From the NCBI GenBank assembly GCA_943704425.1, contig CALSCP010000491.1, forward strand, positions 45,448 through 109,447: a DNA stretch of 64,000 bases. The letters are read 5' to 3'. The notes beneath the pieces were generated by a model. The model saw only the letters and a program-made list of their open reading frames with translations. It was not told the DNA's origin and made no database searches. The stretch is from Ministeria vibrans ATCC 50519. Taxonomy: Eukaryota; Protista; Filasterea. This document shows positions 61,479 to 64,000 of this stretch, piece after piece. The position numbers and the translations under genes are program-made. The stretch's first letter is position 1. Every line of letters starts with the position of its first letter.

Positions 61479-61718
61479 GAGCGAAACAAAAAAATCGAAA
61501 GGATAATAATTATTCATGACAAAAAAACACCAAAAAAAAACAAAAACACCAAAAAAAATAATAATAGAAGAATATTAATAAAAATAATATAAACGTTATT
61601 ATTATTATTTTTTGGAGGGCGAGTACTTTTTAGCCTTCAGAAGGTTAGACGAGAGTGAGAAGAAAAAACAAGAAAAACTGAAACAAATTAACCCAGAAAA
61701 CTATTTTTAAGCCCTCAC

Positions 61719-61765
61719 TGGGGGTATGGCGTACCAATGCGATTGCCTCACCTGGATAGCGACGA
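61719..61765 (+). mobile_element. 5' part of the same repeat family
   Basis: TGGGGGTATGGCGTACCAATGCGATTGCCTCACCTGGATAGCGA. Confidence 0.5.
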
Positions 61766-62289
61766 CACAACACCCTGACCTGCCACTTTTTTATGTTACC
61801 CCTAGCTAGCTAGAGTGAGTTTCGGTTGAGTTTTTGCAAGGATTATAAAGGGCCGCAAGGTGTGACTTCGCATGGTGAATGTATCATTTCTAAATTGGTT
61901 GGTTGGTTCTTCTTCTTATTACTATTATTATCTCAAGGACGGCAAGCTGGTCAAAGGCAGTGGGAAAGCGGTTTACAAATAAGTGGTAGGCTCGCCTTTA
62001 TCTTTCAGAGCCCACAAGTGCCTCCCAAGTGCCTCCCACAAGAGACTCCCAACTGCCCACTTTTCTTCATCTTCATTCAGTCGCGACAATGCGTGAGCGC
62101 TCCAACCGTCTTGCAGCCGACCAGCCCCCTGCGCATTACAGCCGAGTACACTACAGCCACCGAGACCTGTCACCGCCGACCACCAGCCCGATTGCTACAA
62201 CAACGACTTTGACTTGACTCTCTCTGCTGATAGAGACACCCCCCCCCCCCCCCCCCCCCCCCCATGGTGTCAAAGCCCGAAGCTCCCTC

Positions 62290-62336
62290 TGAGGGTATGG
62301 CGTATTATTGCGATCGTCTCATTAGATTGCAACGAC
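62290..62336 (+). mobile_element. Diverged 5' part of the same repeat family
   Basis: TGAGGGTATGGCGTATTATTGCGATCGTCTCATTAGATTGCAACGAC. Confidence 0.4.
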
Positions 62337-62508
62337 GCCTCCTGCAGAGCACATGCAGCTCTGGTCTACCACTGCTCTCCCATTACCATATAATTCAGTG
62401 ATATAAAGTGACTGCAGCCCAGCCAGCCACCGCGCAAACAAAGCCAATAATACGAGAAAACAAAACGAAGCCTTCGAATTTTTGACGGATGAGCCGGTGA
62501 CCGATCTT

Positions 62509-63615
62509 TTATTCAAATGTATTGTTCAGATCATGGGCCACAACAGTCGTATTCTTGCAGTCCTGCCATGCCTGCATTCCCGTGTACTTGAGGAAGTTGC
62601 AGTACCACTGCATGCCATTCTGCGATGCCTTGTGGATTGTGCGCGTCTCCACCGAATTGTCAATCGCGAGTGCCTAACAACATCGTACTCAGCAAAATCA
62701 CAACAGACTATGCGTTGTCATACCTTCTCAAAGGTCATGTTCAAGAAGCGCATGTAGTACGAGCCAGACATTTCACCTGTGCGTGTGTGTAACACAGTTG
62801 AGACAACCAATGAACGCCAAGCGAAACACACAAAGACTCACCGGTGCGATCCATGCCTGCCTCACAGTGAATGTACACCAAACGGCTCTGGTTGCCCGTC
62901 GTCTCCAGCAGACCCCGCAGCGAGTCCATCTTCTTCGGCACCTTGTCAATCTGCCAAGAGTCCAGCTTCTTGGCCATCTCTACGACAGAGGTCGGGGCGA
63001 GTGAGAGCCGCGAGCAAGGCACGTTGTTGCTTCGGTACCTTTACGAATGGACTCTGCATACGACTCGGGGTTGGTCAGGTCCCCGACAATGGGCCAGTCG
63101 TGGTATTCGGCGAGGCTCGGGTGCTCCTCAATCCACTTTTTCTACACCACAGACGGCGGTGAGCACGCAAGCTCTCTTGCCCCCGCAGCGCCTTACCTCG
63201 ACCTTCTCGTCTTTCAACTCCAGCGGGTTCAAGAAGCTGACGACGACAAGAAACATTCTACGGAGGAGAACACGTCAGGCCAAAACACCGGACACTTTGC
63301 CAGTCTCGTACGACGCAGGCAGCGCAATGCCAGCCTCCTTCATCGCAACACTGCGCGCAGAGGACAACAGCTCGCTGTAGGCGAACGTGTGGTTCGACAG
63401 AACGGGAAGGTCTCCGCTGCGCAGCAAAAAATAAACGAATGTCAATGTTTTGCTTTCACCACAAAAAAGGACACAGAGGACACAGACCGAAATAGATAGT
63501 TGGTCATGCCGGTGGAAACGGTGGCATTGTCAATGTAGTGCATCCGGTCCGGGCTAAACGAGGAGGCGCGCGCCCCAATCGCCAAAACGCAAACAAACGC
63601 AACGACTCTCAACAT
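62509..63615 (-). CDS. Signal-peptide-bearing cysteine-based (PTP/DSP-fold) phosphatase, multi-exon
   Basis: VYIHCEAGMDRTG|E CX5R loop; N-terminal MLRVVAFVCVLAIGARA; last exon ...MQWYCNFLKY...NNTFE*. Confidence 0.78.
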
Positions 63616-63860
63616 GAATAAAACTGACAATTTTAACAAACCGAAGTTACCTTATGATCTTCTCAGCAAACTCCCCACAGCAGAGTAAACAAAACGGAAA
63701 CCACTTTACAGTTTACACCAGGCACCAGCGAGCGAGTAGACCACAATCGGCAATCCTGATACATTGTCATAATACGGAGACGATGTGGAGACGATGCGTA
63801 ACTTGACGAACTTCTTTATTTTTATTATTTTACTTAAAATTCACTCACTTGATTATACAC

Positions 63861-64000
63861 ATGAACGAAGGGAGCACGCAGAGTCTTGTCGACGTGCTCG
63901 TGGCTAAGTCGCTTGTGCTGACGGAGACGTGCGGCTCCGCGCTGCTCAATCGAAGTCGGTGTTCGACTTTTGCCTCTCTTGTCTCCAACAGCGTCACAGC
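63861..64000 (+). CDS. Possible 5' end of the next gene (truncated by the window)
   Basis: ATG after an AT-rich spacer, GC-rich open frame MNEGSTQSLVDVLVAKSLVL, head-to-head with the phosphatase. Confidence 0.35.
   Translation, partial: MNEGSTQSLVDVLVAKSLVLTETCGSALLNRSRCSTFASLVSNSVT

Overview
Gene-dense genomic DNA from a flagellated unicellular eukaryote. IFT46 is present, and STEEP1, BORCS7, LAMTOR5, CASC3, a class C GPCR and a Zn2Cys6 factor suggest an Amorphea-type protist (inference only). It uses the standard genetic code with mostly 50-120 nt GT-AG introns, abundant microsatellites and several N gaps. I can support about 29 protein-coding genes, reconstructed by eye across introns. 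No tRNA, rRNA or CRISPR was seen. Main points: (1) a secreted protein in which a bacterial-type DUF3494 ice-binding domain is inserted between Cys3 and Cys4 of an EGF module; (2) several long, mostly first, introns that appear to fold into branched hairpins; (3) STEEP1 split by a 4.8 kb block carrying two other genes and bounded by (GA)n tracts, which is either true nesting or a misassembly; (4) an intron-containing AlkB alkane monooxygenase next to an intronless bacterial-like DJ-1/PfpI gene; (5) a canonical plus degenerate GT15 pair; (6) a ~110 nt dispersed SINE-like repeat. All homology calls come from motif recognition, not searches.
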